From assembly GCA_965204735.1 (NCBI GenBank), contig OZ242008.1:3744001-3808000 (forward strand): a stretch of DNA of 64,000 nucleotides. Reading direction: 5' to 3'. The notes beneath the pieces were generated by a model. It was given only the letters and a program-made list of their open reading frames with translations. It had not been told where the DNA came from and did not search any database. Source of the DNA: Longimicrobiales bacterium. Lineage in GTDB: Bacteria > Gemmatimonadota > Gemmatimonadetes > Longimicrobiales > Gaopeijiaceae. Of this stretch, positions 11,073-20,001 are shown one piece after another (the stretch's first letter is position 1; each line of letters opens with the position of its first letter). The position numbers and the translations under genes were made by a program.

Positions 11073-12827
11073 CCCGGATTTCTCACAAGTGGGGGCAGGC
11101 ATCGGCCTCTCGAAGGTCGTTATGTTAGGTCGTGAAAGGGATTCCCGACCTCGACCCCGAGAGACCGATGCCGACACAGCGTACCCAGTTCCCGTTCTCG
11201 AAGCAAGCCTCGAGCGGACGCAAGGTGGTGGCCGCCTTCGACGGCGGGGCCGTCTCGTCCAACGCCGGCGCACTGCTCCTGCGCCAGGCGGCCGAGGCGG
11301 GAAAGTTCTTCGACCAGGTCGCCGCCTGCTTCCAGGACCACCGGGACCCGAGCCGCGTCGAGCACTCGGTGCGGACGCTGGTGAGCCAGCGCATCACGGG
11401 CATCGCCCTGGGACACGAGGACGTGGCCGACCACGACCAGCTGCGCCACGACCCCGTGCTGGCGCTGCTGGCCGAGAAGCGCGGACCGCGGCGCAAGGGA
11501 TGCGCCGTCCTGGCGGGCAAGGCCACGCTGAACCGGCTCGAGAACGGACAGTCGGCCGGCGCGCCGGGGCGGTACCACAAGATCACCGCCGATCTGGAGG
11601 CGCTGTCGAACCTGCTGGTGGACCGCTTCATGGAGCGGGCGACCACACGGCGCGCCAGGCGCCGCCGAGCCGCGCGTCCGCGCCGTCGGCGACTGTCGCG
11701 GCGCAAGCCGCCGAGTCGGATCGTGCTGGACATCGATCCCACCGATGTCGAGATGCACGGCGCCCAGGAGGGTCGGCGCTGGCACGGCTACTACGGCCAC
11801 CACTGCTGCCTGCCGCTGTACGTGGTCTGCGGGCGGCACACGCTGGGCGTGGCGCTGCGCGCGGGCAACGCGGGTCCCCTGGAGGGCGCCGTGGACGAGC
11901 TCGAGCGCATCGTCTCGCGGATCCGCGCACGGTGGCCGGGCACCGAGTTCGTGGTGCGGGCGGACGCCGGATACGGCAAGGACGAACTCATGAGTTGGTG
12001 CGAGGCCCGGGGCGTGCACTACATCCTCGGACTGGCCAAGAACGAGCGGCTCGTGGAGGCCGTCGGCTGGGACCTGGCCGACGCCGAGGCCGAGTGCGAG
12101 GCCAAGGGCCGGGCGGCGCGCCGATACGTGGACTTCGAGTACGCGACGCGGAAGACCTGGTCGAAGAAGCGCCGGGTCGTGGGCAAGGCCGAGTGGCTGC
12201 CGGGCAAGGCGAACCCCCGGTTCGTCGCCACTTCGCTGCCCCGCTCGATGGTCCGCGCACGGGCTCTCTACGAGCACCTCTACTGTGGGCGGGGGCGCAT
12301 GGAGAACGTGATCAAGGAGCAGCAGCTGGACCTCTTCGGCGAGCGGCTCTCCGCCTCCGCCATGGCGGCCAACCAGCTGCGGCTCATCTTCTCCGCGCTG
12401 GCCGGCGCGCTGATCGAGCAGCTGCGCGAAGCGCTGCACAACACGCGCCTCGCCCGCGCCACGGCCGCCACGCTGCGGGCGCAGTTGCTCAAGATCGGAG
12501 CGCGCGTGCTGGTCTCGGTCCGGCGCGTCAAGGTCGCCATGGACTCGAACCACCCTCGCCACCACGAGTTCGCCCTGGCCTACACCCGGCTCCAGACCTA
12601 GCCGCCGCGGCACGGTCTCCCGCCGATACCCGGCCCGGGCCGCTTCGTGCACGGAGTGCCTGCGCCGCCCGAAAATGGGGCCCTCGGACTCCGCCCACGC
12701 GCACCCCACGGGCGTCCCTGCGCCCCTCTTCTCGCCCCGCGACCTGCAAATCCTCCCATCTCAGCCTTCCCTTGCCCTTCTCATGGCCACCCAAGCCGGC
12801 GTTCCAACGAGTTGTGAGAAATGCGGG
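11073..12827 (+). mobile_element. IS1380-family insertion sequence
   Basis: Terminal inverted repeats CCCGGATTTCTCACAA / CCCGCATTTCTCACAA (1 mismatch); CTAG duplication at 11069-11072 and 12828-12831; single transposase. Confidence 0.92.
11132..12601 (+). CDS. IS1380-family DDE transposase
   Basis: FDGGAVSSNAG, LDIDPTD..HGAQEG, VRADAG, YCGRGRMENVIKE, ANQLRL; start 11132 or 11168. Confidence 0.93.
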   Translation: MKGIPDLDPERPMPTQRTQFPFSKQASSGRKVVAAFDGGAVSSNAGALLLRQAAEAGKFFDQVAACFQDHRDPSRVEHSVRTLVSQRITGIALGHEDVADHDQLRHDPVLALLAEKRGPRRKGCAVLAGKATLNRLENGQSAGAPGRYHKITADLEALSNLLVDRFMERATTRRARRRRAARPRRRRLSRRKPPSRIVLDIDPTDVEMHGAQEGRRWHGYYGHHCCLPLYVVCGRHTLGVALRAGNAGPLEGAVDELERIVSRIRARWPGTEFVVRADAGYGKDELMSWCEARGVHYILGLAKNERLVEAVGWDLADAEAECEAKGRAARRYVDFEYATRKTWSKKRRVVGKAEWLPGKANPRFVATSLPRSMVRARALYEHLYCGRGRMENVIKEQQLDLFGERLSASAMAANQLRLIFSALAGALIEQLREALHNTRLARATAATLRAQLLKIGARVLVSVRRVKVAMDSNHPRHHEFALAYTRLQT

Positions 12828-13028
12828 CTAGCTAGGGCCGGCGGCTGCGACGACCGGCGCAAGGACAGCACCGATCCGGCTGCCGCTCGGAGCACCGGGG
12901 CCGCGAAGAAGGCGATTGCGGAGTTGCCGGTCGCCCGGTTGCGGCTCGCCGACGGGCTGCCGCATTCGCGAGTCAACCCCGCCCTCGCTCGCGAGCTTGG
13001 CGAAAGCGGTTCCTGTCGGTTGCTCGAT

Positions 13029-13838
13029 TCAGGGTCTGATCGCGATCGGCCGGCTGGCGTGCTGGGCCGATCCCACCATCCCGAAGCCGCCTTCCACGTT
13101 CTGGACCGGGGGCACCTTGAAGAGCTGTCCGGCATGTCCCGTCGTCAGGTAGGCGTGGTAGTGCCGGTCCACCGCGGACACGACCAGCGTGGGGACTGGA
13201 CCAGCGCTGTCGATCGCCTCCCGAGGGATCGCGGCGTTGAAGCTTGTGCCGGGCAAGTCTGCGGACCACCCGGGCGAACAACACCAGTTCGTGTCCCAGT
13301 ACACTACCCCCATCAAGTAGCGGTGAGCGGCGAGGCTCGGAGTCCACGAGGCCGAGAGCACGTTCCCCGACAGCTCCGTCCTGTCGATTTCGAAGTTGCC
13401 GACTACGCGGGTCGTGCCGCTGGCCGTCGGGTGCCCGTCGGCAGTCGCCTCGATCTTGTACGTTGCGCCCGGCTCCACGACGACCGGCAGCGCTAGGCAG
13501 TACTGCCAGTGGGAGATGGCCTTGTCGGAGAAGCATGGGTAGTTGTTCTCGAACAACTCCTGCGCACGCGGGAAAGTGTCCGTGGCTTCGGCGACGAAGG
13601 CCCAGTCCGATCCTGCCGAATCGGGCGCCCGCTTGTGCATGCGGACAGTCACGCCCGACAGAGCAGGGTCGACTTGGTCCGTGGACGCCACCGCGACCGC
13701 CTGCCTGGTGGAGTCGGGGTTGAGGATGGCGAAGAGGACGAGCTGTCCACCGAGCCCGGGCCGAGGCTCCGGATGGACGACGTCGCAGGAAGCGGCCACC
13801 GTCGTGGCGATGAGAAGTGGGACGAACGCGGGGCGCAT
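13029..13838 (-). CDS. Lipoprotein, DUF4249-like partner of the TonB-dependent receptor
   Basis: Lipobox VAASC; PGATYKIEA and NVEGGFGMVGS motifs; directly downstream of the receptor gene. Confidence 0.7.
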   Translation of the reverse strand: MRPAFVPLLIATTVAASCDVVHPEPRPGLGGQLVLFAILNPDSTRQAVAVASTDQVDPALSGVTVRMHKRAPDSAGSDWAFVAEATDTFPRAQELFENNYPCFSDKAISHWQYCLALPVVVEPGATYKIEATADGHPTASGTTRVVGNFEIDRTELSGNVLSASWTPSLAAHRYLMGVVYWDTNWCCSPGWSADLPGTSFNAAIPREAIDSAGPVPTLVVSAVDRHYHAYLTTGHAGQLFKVPPVQNVEGGFGMVGSAQHASRPIAIRP

Positions 13839-13840
13839 GG

Positions 13841-16165
13841 CTAGCCTCCTTCTGGGACTCGGGGTTGGAAGCGGAAGTCGATGCCGATGAAGGGGATTCG
13901 ACGCAGCTGGTCGAGCGAAGTGTATATGGGTCGTCCGGCGAGTCCTTCGCCGAAACTGTCGTAGAGCAGGACGTTTTTCCTGTCGGCCAAGTTGACGACC
14001 GATGCGAAGGGAACGATCTCCCATGCGCCCCAGCCCACTTTGTAGCGCACGGTCGCGTCGTACCGGGCGTACAGCGGTACTCGGCCTTGAACTTGCGACC
14101 ACAAGGGGATGCCTCCCGAGGCCCCTGTGTAGTGATTGCGTCTCTCGACGCTGGCCGCCGCGGGAAAGTACGGATCGTACACCGAAGTCACGTATCTCCC
14201 ACTGGGGAGCCAGAAGGGGGTGCCCGTTCCGACGACGGCGCGCAGCGAGGCCTCGATCCCGCTCGACAGCGTCAGCGACATCGTGCCGTCCACCTCGTGT
14301 CTGCGGTCCCATTGGGGGTAGTAGTCGGCGCCTTCGACGTCGGCGAAGGCCACGCGCGCCCACTGGTAGGTGATCCAGCCGCGAACTTGGCCGGAGTGCC
14401 GTTGCACAGTTGCCTCGAAGCCCCGGGCGGATCCGTCATTGAACTCCAGCTCGCCGAAGTCGCGGGACGTGTCTGCTCGCCAGTGCGGAACGTCCCGGAA
14501 CCGACGGGCCCACCCGGCCAATGATGCGGTCCAGGCGTCGCCACGCCACAGGTCGAGCGCCAAGCTTGCCCCGTCGGCCACCGACGCCGGTCGGCTCGAA
14601 TCGTGCACGAACCACATCGGGGCGCCGGGCAGGGTGTACAGGGCGTCGCGGAGCACGGAGAGGAACTGGTACGTCCTGTCCAGGGTGGCGCTCACCGCGA
14701 AGCTCTCTTGCCGATAGCGCGCGGCGAGCCGGGGTTCGAGGAAGACTCGCGACGCCTTGTTCTCGACGCCGGCCCTGACGCCCGACGTCAGCCGGAACGG
14801 GCCAATCCATCGCTCGACCTCGGCGAACGCGGAACCGTGCAGGTACGACCCGGAGGCGTCTCCCGTCATGTACGCGCCCAGCTCGGAGCCGATCAACTCC
14901 ACGGGACCTCCCTCGACGGCAACGCCGGCCCGAAGCCCCGTGAGTTCGCCCCGCACCGAGATGCTCGACCGCAGGCCCGTGGCTTCAATGCCGCTGGTCG
15001 TGGCCGGCGAAGAAGACGAACCTCCCAGCGCCAAGCGGCCGCCGTAGCGGCTGTGGTAGCCAGTGACGTCGACCGCAAGGCGGTTGCCGCGAACCCATGA
15101 CCAGCCGAGCGAGCCGGCAAAGTTCTTCCATCTGGAGTTTAGGGTGGCCGACTCCCTGTTTTCGCCGAACAGCCACCTGTAGTCGTCGTCGGACGCAAAG
15201 ACGGACAGTCGCAGGCGGTGCGCCGCGCCCGGATGCGCCTGGAGAGTGAAGTTCAGGTCGTGGAACGAGTAGGGAATGCCGATCTTGGCCACGTCCACGG
15301 TTGCCTTGCGTCCCGCCGCCATCCACCGAAGATCGCCCCACGGCACCGAGCCGTCGGCGACGATGCGGAGGCCGACCACGCTGAGCCCGCCGCTGACGCG
15401 GATTCGGTCGGAGCCGCCGGAACGCTGGCGTGCCGAGACGACGCCGGAGAGGGAGCCGCCGTGGCGGGCGGGCAGGGAGCCCTTGTAGAACTCGGTCGTC
15501 TCAATGGCGTCGGCGTTGAAGGCACCGAACATGCCGAACATGTGGTACGGCGCGAAGACGGGCGCGCCGTCCACCAGCACGGACACCTGGCCACCGTCGC
15601 CGCCGCGCACGAAGAGCTGTCCGCCCAGGTCGCTGACGCTGGTGACGCCCGCTGCAGCCTGCAGGCTTCGGAAGACGTCGGGCTCGCCGACCGTCGGCAC
15701 GGCCTTGATCTCGGCCTGCGTCATGCCCACCGCGCCCACGACCACTTCTCGGTCGAACATCGTCCTGTGCAGCTCGCGGGACGTCATCCTGCGCTCGGCG
15801 GCCACGGTAAGCGGCGGGAGGGCCACGGCGGCGCGCTCGAGCCTGAACTCGACGACGGAGCCGTCCTGGGGAACCTGCACAAGGGTGTCCAAGTCGGCGT
15901 AGCCCAGCCGGGTGGCCAGGACGCGCACCGTTCCGACCGCCTCCGGCGCGGAGGTCAGCCCACGGTCGTTGGTGATGCGGGTTGCGTTGTGGTCGGGGAA
16001 GGCGAGCAGCACGCTGCCCACCGACTTCCCCGACGTGCGATCGACGGTGCGGACCACCCAGGCCCCCGGAGGGGGGACCTGGGCGCGGCTCGAGTCGGCC
16101 TGTGCCGCGACGGCCGACCCGAGCCAGACCGCGACCGCCGCTACGAAGGTTGCGTTGGTCGTCAT
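13841..16165 (-). CDS. TonB-dependent receptor with N-terminal carboxypeptidase-regulatory-like domain
   Basis: Signal peptide; plug motifs GEPDVFRSLQ, FVRGG, FNADAI, ARHGGSLSGV; beta-barrel-like C-terminus. Confidence 0.88.
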   Translation of the reverse strand: MTTNATFVAAVAVWLGSAVAAQADSSRAQVPPPGAWVVRTVDRTSGKSVGSVLLAFPDHNATRITNDRGLTSAPEAVGTVRVLATRLGYADLDTLVQVPQDGSVVEFRLERAAVALPPLTVAAERRMTSRELHRTMFDREVVVGAVGMTQAEIKAVPTVGEPDVFRSLQAAAGVTSVSDLGGQLFVRGGDGGQVSVLVDGAPVFAPYHMFGMFGAFNADAIETTEFYKGSLPARHGGSLSGVVSARQRSGGSDRIRVSGGLSVVGLRIVADGSVPWGDLRWMAAGRKATVDVAKIGIPYSFHDLNFTLQAHPGAAHRLRLSVFASDDDYRWLFGENRESATLNSRWKNFAGSLGWSWVRGNRLAVDVTGYHSRYGGRLALGGSSSSPATTSGIEATGLRSSISVRGELTGLRAGVAVEGGPVELIGSELGAYMTGDASGSYLHGSAFAEVERWIGPFRLTSGVRAGVENKASRVFLEPRLAARYRQESFAVSATLDRTYQFLSVLRDALYTLPGAPMWFVHDSSRPASVADGASLALDLWRGDAWTASLAGWARRFRDVPHWRADTSRDFGELEFNDGSARGFEATVQRHSGQVRGWITYQWARVAFADVEGADYYPQWDRRHEVDGTMSLTLSSGIEASLRAVVGTGTPFWLPSGRYVTSVYDPYFPAAASVERRNHYTGASGGIPLWSQVQGRVPLYARYDATVRYKVGWGAWEIVPFASVVNLADRKNVLLYDSFGEGLAGRPIYTSLDQLRRIPFIGIDFRFQPRVPEGG

Positions 16166-16177
16166 GATGTCTGTCCT

Positions 16178-17326
16178 CTACCAGCGGAGGTCCACGGTGA
16201 TGCGCCGCAGGTTGATCATGCGTCCCCCGGGCGCGTAGCTGAACACCTCTCGGCCAAGGTTCTGGTCCGGACCCCAGTCGGTCTCGACGGCGGCGACGGC
16301 GAAGTTCACGCCGCCGAGCTTCGGCGACACCGGCAGGATGTTGGGCCGAATCCTGTAGGGGCTGTGCGTCGCGTAGTGCCATTTGTTCTTCTCTACGCCC
16401 GATTCCCAAATCGATCCTCGAATCCGGGTTCCGTGGACGTTGGTATAGGCAAGCGTGGTCTTGACTTCAGCAGTGCCGACCGCGTCGCCACGAATCAGCA
16501 GCCTGAAGTCGTGGAGGACGGAAGGCGAGTGCGTGACGCTAGGGTCGCGAACACCAGCGGGGAGCGCTGCGACCTCCGAGGCCGCGACCGACAACCCAAG
16601 CGTCTCGGCCACGGCCTTCGCCACTTCGCCTTCCGAGTCGTAGCGCCCGTAGTCCACCGAGACGGGCGGGCGGTCTCCGACCTGGTGCGTCCAGACGATC
16701 GCCGTCTCCCCGTCGTCCGGGTCCTGGATCACGACTCCCGGCCCGTCGGCTTGGCGGCCGATGCGTGTTCCCCAACTCTCTCGGGGGTGCACGTAGAAGA
16801 AGGCGTCGTATCCCTCGACTTGACTCATCTTCGTGGCCTCCTTTCTGCGTCCTGCGGGCTCGTGGACCGCGAAGTCGAGCGCGTCCGGGTCCCACGAGCC
16901 CGCGACTCCGATGTGGGGGGTACCCCTCCACGCCAGCCGGTGTTCCCGGAGGGGGACCGAGATGACCAGCTCGGCGACTTCGTCGAGTCGAGCGACCTGA
17001 GCGAGAAGCTCGGCTTCCTCCATGCCCAACGCCGCGGCGCTGCCAGCCAGCAGTCCGGCGCCTTCGGGGCTGCGGAGGTAGTCGCCGAGGATCAGCTGGT
17101 GCTCGACTTGGGTGGAGGCTCTCATGGCGGCCAGGATGCTCAGCCGGGCATCGGCAGACGCCAAGCTGCGGGCCAGGGCGCCAGCCGCCCAGGAGATCGG
17201 GGGCTCCGCGTCCAGCGAGGACGGGACGGCGGGGTCGCCGGCCGGCGTCGGGGCAGGGCGCGTGGTGGTGTCGCAGGCCGCCGCAGAGACGGCGAGCGCG
17301 ACGAGGAAGAACTTGGTGCTTTTCAT
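16178..17326 (-). CDS. Uncharacterised secreted lipoprotein
   Basis: AAAGGA RBS; MKSTKFFLVALAVSAAAC lipobox; first gene of the receptor operon. Confidence 0.75.
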   Translation of the reverse strand: MKSTKFFLVALAVSAAACDTTTRPAPTPAGDPAVPSSLDAEPPISWAAGALARSLASADARLSILAAMRASTQVEHQLILGDYLRSPEGAGLLAGSAAALGMEEAELLAQVARLDEVAELVISVPLREHRLAWRGTPHIGVAGSWDPDALDFAVHEPAGRRKEATKMSQVEGYDAFFYVHPRESWGTRIGRQADGPGVVIQDPDDGETAIVWTHQVGDRPPVSVDYGRYDSEGEVAKAVAETLGLSVAASEVAALPAGVRDPSVTHSPSVLHDFRLLIRGDAVGTAEVKTTLAYTNVHGTRIRGSIWESGVEKNKWHYATHSPYRIRPNILPVSPKLGGVNFAVAAVETDWGPDQNLGREVFSYAPGGRMINLRRITVDLRW

Positions 17327-17423
17327 CGGATTTCCTTTGGTTGGGGAGCCGGTGGGTATCCGGCCTTTGTTGGCGCCGTCCAGAATCAGGCCGAGTGCCG
17401 GACCGGAAGCGCTGTGACAGGTA

Positions 17424-17450
17424 ATACCCCGGTTTCCCGAAAGGTTCCCT
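17424..17450 (-). promoter_or_regulatory. Putative ECF sigma promoter AGGGAACC-N14-GGTAT
   Basis: AGGGAACCTTTCGGGAAACCGGGGTAT on the - strand, about 98 nt upstream of 17326; first 16 bp identical to the site before the ECF sigma gene. Confidence 0.6.
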
Positions 17451-17513
17451 CGGGTGCGCGCCGTCGTTCCTCCCGACCACGGCACCGCCCTGCCGAATGG
17501 GAGAGACGACGGA

Positions 17514-17543
17514 TTGACTACTACGGTTTTTGTTCGGTATCTT
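17514..17543 (+). promoter_or_regulatory. Sigma70-type promoter of imuA-imuB-dnaE2 (probably leaderless)
   Basis: TTGACT-N18-TATCTT ending 8 nt before ATG 17552; same hexamers as the tRNA promoter. Confidence 0.55.
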
Positions 17544-17551
17544 GCCAGGCC

Positions 17552-18295
17552 ATGCTTGCCCGATCCACATCTCCATCGGCGTCCGTGCCGGTGTCCGCGT
17601 CCGTGCCAGCGTCCGCGTCTCGGCGGCCCGTACCGGAGGCCCTTCGTCGCGCGCTCCATCGTCTGGAGAACGGGGGAGCGACCCGGCATCCGCCGTTGCC
17701 GCTGGGCATCCGCGAGATCGACGCGGCTCTTCCCGAAGGCGGGCTTCGGCGGGGGTGCGTCCACGAGGTGGGCGGCGACGAGGCCGCCACCGGCTTCTGC
17801 GCCGCCCTGCTGGCTCGGGCGGGCGCCGGTGGCGGGACGCTGCTGTGGCTGGCGCGAGGCTGGGACCTGTACCCGCCGGGCTTGGTCCGCTATGGGATCG
17901 CCCCGGGCCGGCTGGTGGTGGTCTCCGGGCTGGGCCGGCCGGACGACGTGGCGTGGGCGATGGAGGAGGTGCTGCGCAGCGGGGCGGCAAGAGGGGTCGT
18001 GGCGGAAAGCGGGTCGGTCGGAGTTGCGGCTTCGAGGCGCTTGATGCTTGCCGCCGAAGGGTCCGACGTGGTGGGGCTGGCGCTGACGGCTTCGTCGGCG
18101 AGGAGCGTGGCGGCGACAAGGCCGGGCGCGGGCGGAGCGGGCGTTCCGACGGCGGCCAGCCGCTGGCGGGTCACCGCGGTTCCAGGCGCCGGGGCGGCGA
18201 GATGGCGCATCGAGCTTCTCCGTTGCCGGGGAGGACGGTCGGCGGAGACGGTCGCGAGCTGGGGCGGCGACGGCTGGGGCGGTCGCGACCGATGA
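17552..18295 (+). CDS. imuA: ImuA family RecA-like mutagenesis protein
   Basis: IDAALPEGGLRRGCVHE, LYPPGL, WAMEEVLRS, SRRLMLAAE, WRIELLRCRGG; first gene of the cassette. Confidence 0.88.
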   Translation: MLARSTSPSASVPVSASVPASASRRPVPEALRRALHRLENGGATRHPPLPLGIREIDAALPEGGLRRGCVHEVGGDEAATGFCAALLARAGAGGGTLLWLARGWDLYPPGLVRYGIAPGRLVVVSGLGRPDDVAWAMEEVLRSGAARGVVAESGSVGVAASRRLMLAAEGSDVVGLALTASSARSVAATRPGAGGAGVPTAASRWRVTAVPGAGAARWRIELLRCRGGRSAETVASWGGDGWGGRDR

Positions 18296-20001
18296 GCGCC
18301 TGCACCGCCTCGCGCGTCTCGTCGCGACGCATCTTGGCGGCGTGGCTGCCCTGGTGGCCCACCGAGAGGCTGGCGCGACGGCTCCCGGAGGCGCGGGAGC
18401 GGTGCTTCGCCACCGTCACCGAAGCCAGGGGCAGGATGGTGGTCGGGGCGGTCAACCTCCGCGCCCGGCGGGCCGGGGTGGTCGGGGGAATGCCCCTGGC
18501 GGACGCCCGGGCCGTCGTTCCCGACTTGGTCGTCCGTCCCGCCGACCCAGCGGGCGACGCGAGCACGCTGGAGTCGCTGGCCCGATGGGCGGTTCGCTTC
18601 ACGCCCCGCGTCGCCGTTGCCGGGCCGGACGCCTTCTTTCTCGACATCGGCGGATGCGCTCACCTCTTCGACGGCGAGCGAGTGCTGGCGGAGTTGCTGC
18701 GGGAGGGGCTCGCCCGTCTCGGCCTGACTTCGCGGGCGGCGCTGGCCGACACGCCGGGGGCCGCCTGGGCCCTGGCCCGCTACGGCAAGGAGGAGCTTGC
18801 CGTGGCGCCCGCGGCCGCCGGGCCGGAGGGGATGAGGGACGTGCTGGCCGAGCTTCCCGTCGCCGCCCTGCGCCTGGACCCGGTTGTCGTCGAAGCCATG
18901 TCGTCCTTCGGCCTGGAGAAGATCCACGCACTGTTCGACCTGGAGTCCGTCGACCTGGGCCGCCGCTTCGGCTTCGACCTTCCCCGACGGATCGACCAAG
19001 CCATCGGCCTGCGGGAAGAGCCCATCGTCCCCCTTCGGCCCACTCTGCCCCGAGAGGTTCGCCGGGCCTTCGCCGAGCCGGTTGCCAGAGCGGAAGACGT
19101 CTGGGCGGCGACGGAGCAGCTTCTGGGCGACTTGTGCCAGCTGCTGCGAAGAACGGGGGAAGGCGCTCGACGGCTGCGGCTCGTCTGCTGCCGGGTGGAC
19201 GGGAGGCCCCAAAGCCTGGTCGTCGGGACCAGCCGCCCCACGCGGCGGCAGGATCGCCTCATGAACCTGTTCGCCGAGAAGCTGGGCGAAGTGGAGCCCG
19301 GCTTCGGGATCGAGGAGATGGCGCTCTCCGCAGAAGTGGCGGAGCCCGTCGGAGAGGGGCAGACCGACTGCTGGGCGGGCGGAGGCCTGCCGGACCGGGA
19401 AGGCGGCATGGGCGGCATGGGCGACCATGACGGCAAGCTCTCCGGCCTCTTGGACCGCCTGGGGAACCGCTTCGGCTTCGACCGAGTGACGCGACCGGCG
19501 CCCCGCAGCAGCTGGCTGCCCGAAAGGGCGGTCGGAAAGAGCGCGCTCCTCGTCTCGTCCACGGCGTCGCTGGCGGCAGCGGTCGCTGGATGGCCCAAGG
19601 GACGGTGGCGCAGCGGCAAAGACCGGCCGGTCGCTGGGCGAGGCGCCGCCGTCGCCGGCTGGCCCGAGGGACGGCGTCGTCCGCTTCGCCTCTTGTCGCC
19701 GCCGGAGCGGGTGGAGGTGCCCGCCGAGCCCGGTCCCGGCCGGCCCCCGGCCCGCTTCCGTCGCGGGGGACGGATGCACCGCACGCGGTTTGCCGAAGGT
19801 CCCGAGCGGATCGAGTGCGAGTGGTGGCGAGAAGCGGCTCCGTCCCGGGACTACTACTTGGTGGAAGACGAAAGCGGCCGGCGCTGGTGGCTGTTTCGAG
19901 AGGCGGCGCGGCCTGCGAGCGACGGCACGAGTCGGAACGACGCTCCCGGCGACCGCTCCGACGACGCGCCCCGCTGGTTCCTCCACGGAGTCTTCGCGTG
20001 A
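18292..20001 (+). CDS. imuB: ImuB, Y-family polymerase-like protein
   Basis: GMPLADARA, LDIGGCAHLFDGE, RRPLRLL, GPERIECEWW, RDYY, WFLHGVFA; ATGA coupling to imuA. Confidence 0.92.
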   Translation: MSACTASRVSSRRILAAWLPWWPTERLARRLPEARERCFATVTEARGRMVVGAVNLRARRAGVVGGMPLADARAVVPDLVVRPADPAGDASTLESLARWAVRFTPRVAVAGPDAFFLDIGGCAHLFDGERVLAELLREGLARLGLTSRAALADTPGAAWALARYGKEELAVAPAAAGPEGMRDVLAELPVAALRLDPVVVEAMSSFGLEKIHALFDLESVDLGRRFGFDLPRRIDQAIGLREEPIVPLRPTLPREVRRAFAEPVARAEDVWAATEQLLGDLCQLLRRTGEGARRLRLVCCRVDGRPQSLVVGTSRPTRRQDRLMNLFAEKLGEVEPGFGIEEMALSAEVAEPVGEGQTDCWAGGGLPDREGGMGGMGDHDGKLSGLLDRLGNRFGFDRVTRPAPRSSWLPERAVGKSALLVSSTASLAAAVAGWPKGRWRSGKDRPVAGRGAAVAGWPEGRRRPLRLLSPPERVEVPAEPGPGRPPARFRRGGRMHRTRFAEGPERIECEWWREAAPSRDYYLVEDESGRRWWLFREAARPASDGTSRNDAPGDRSDDAPRWFLHGVFA

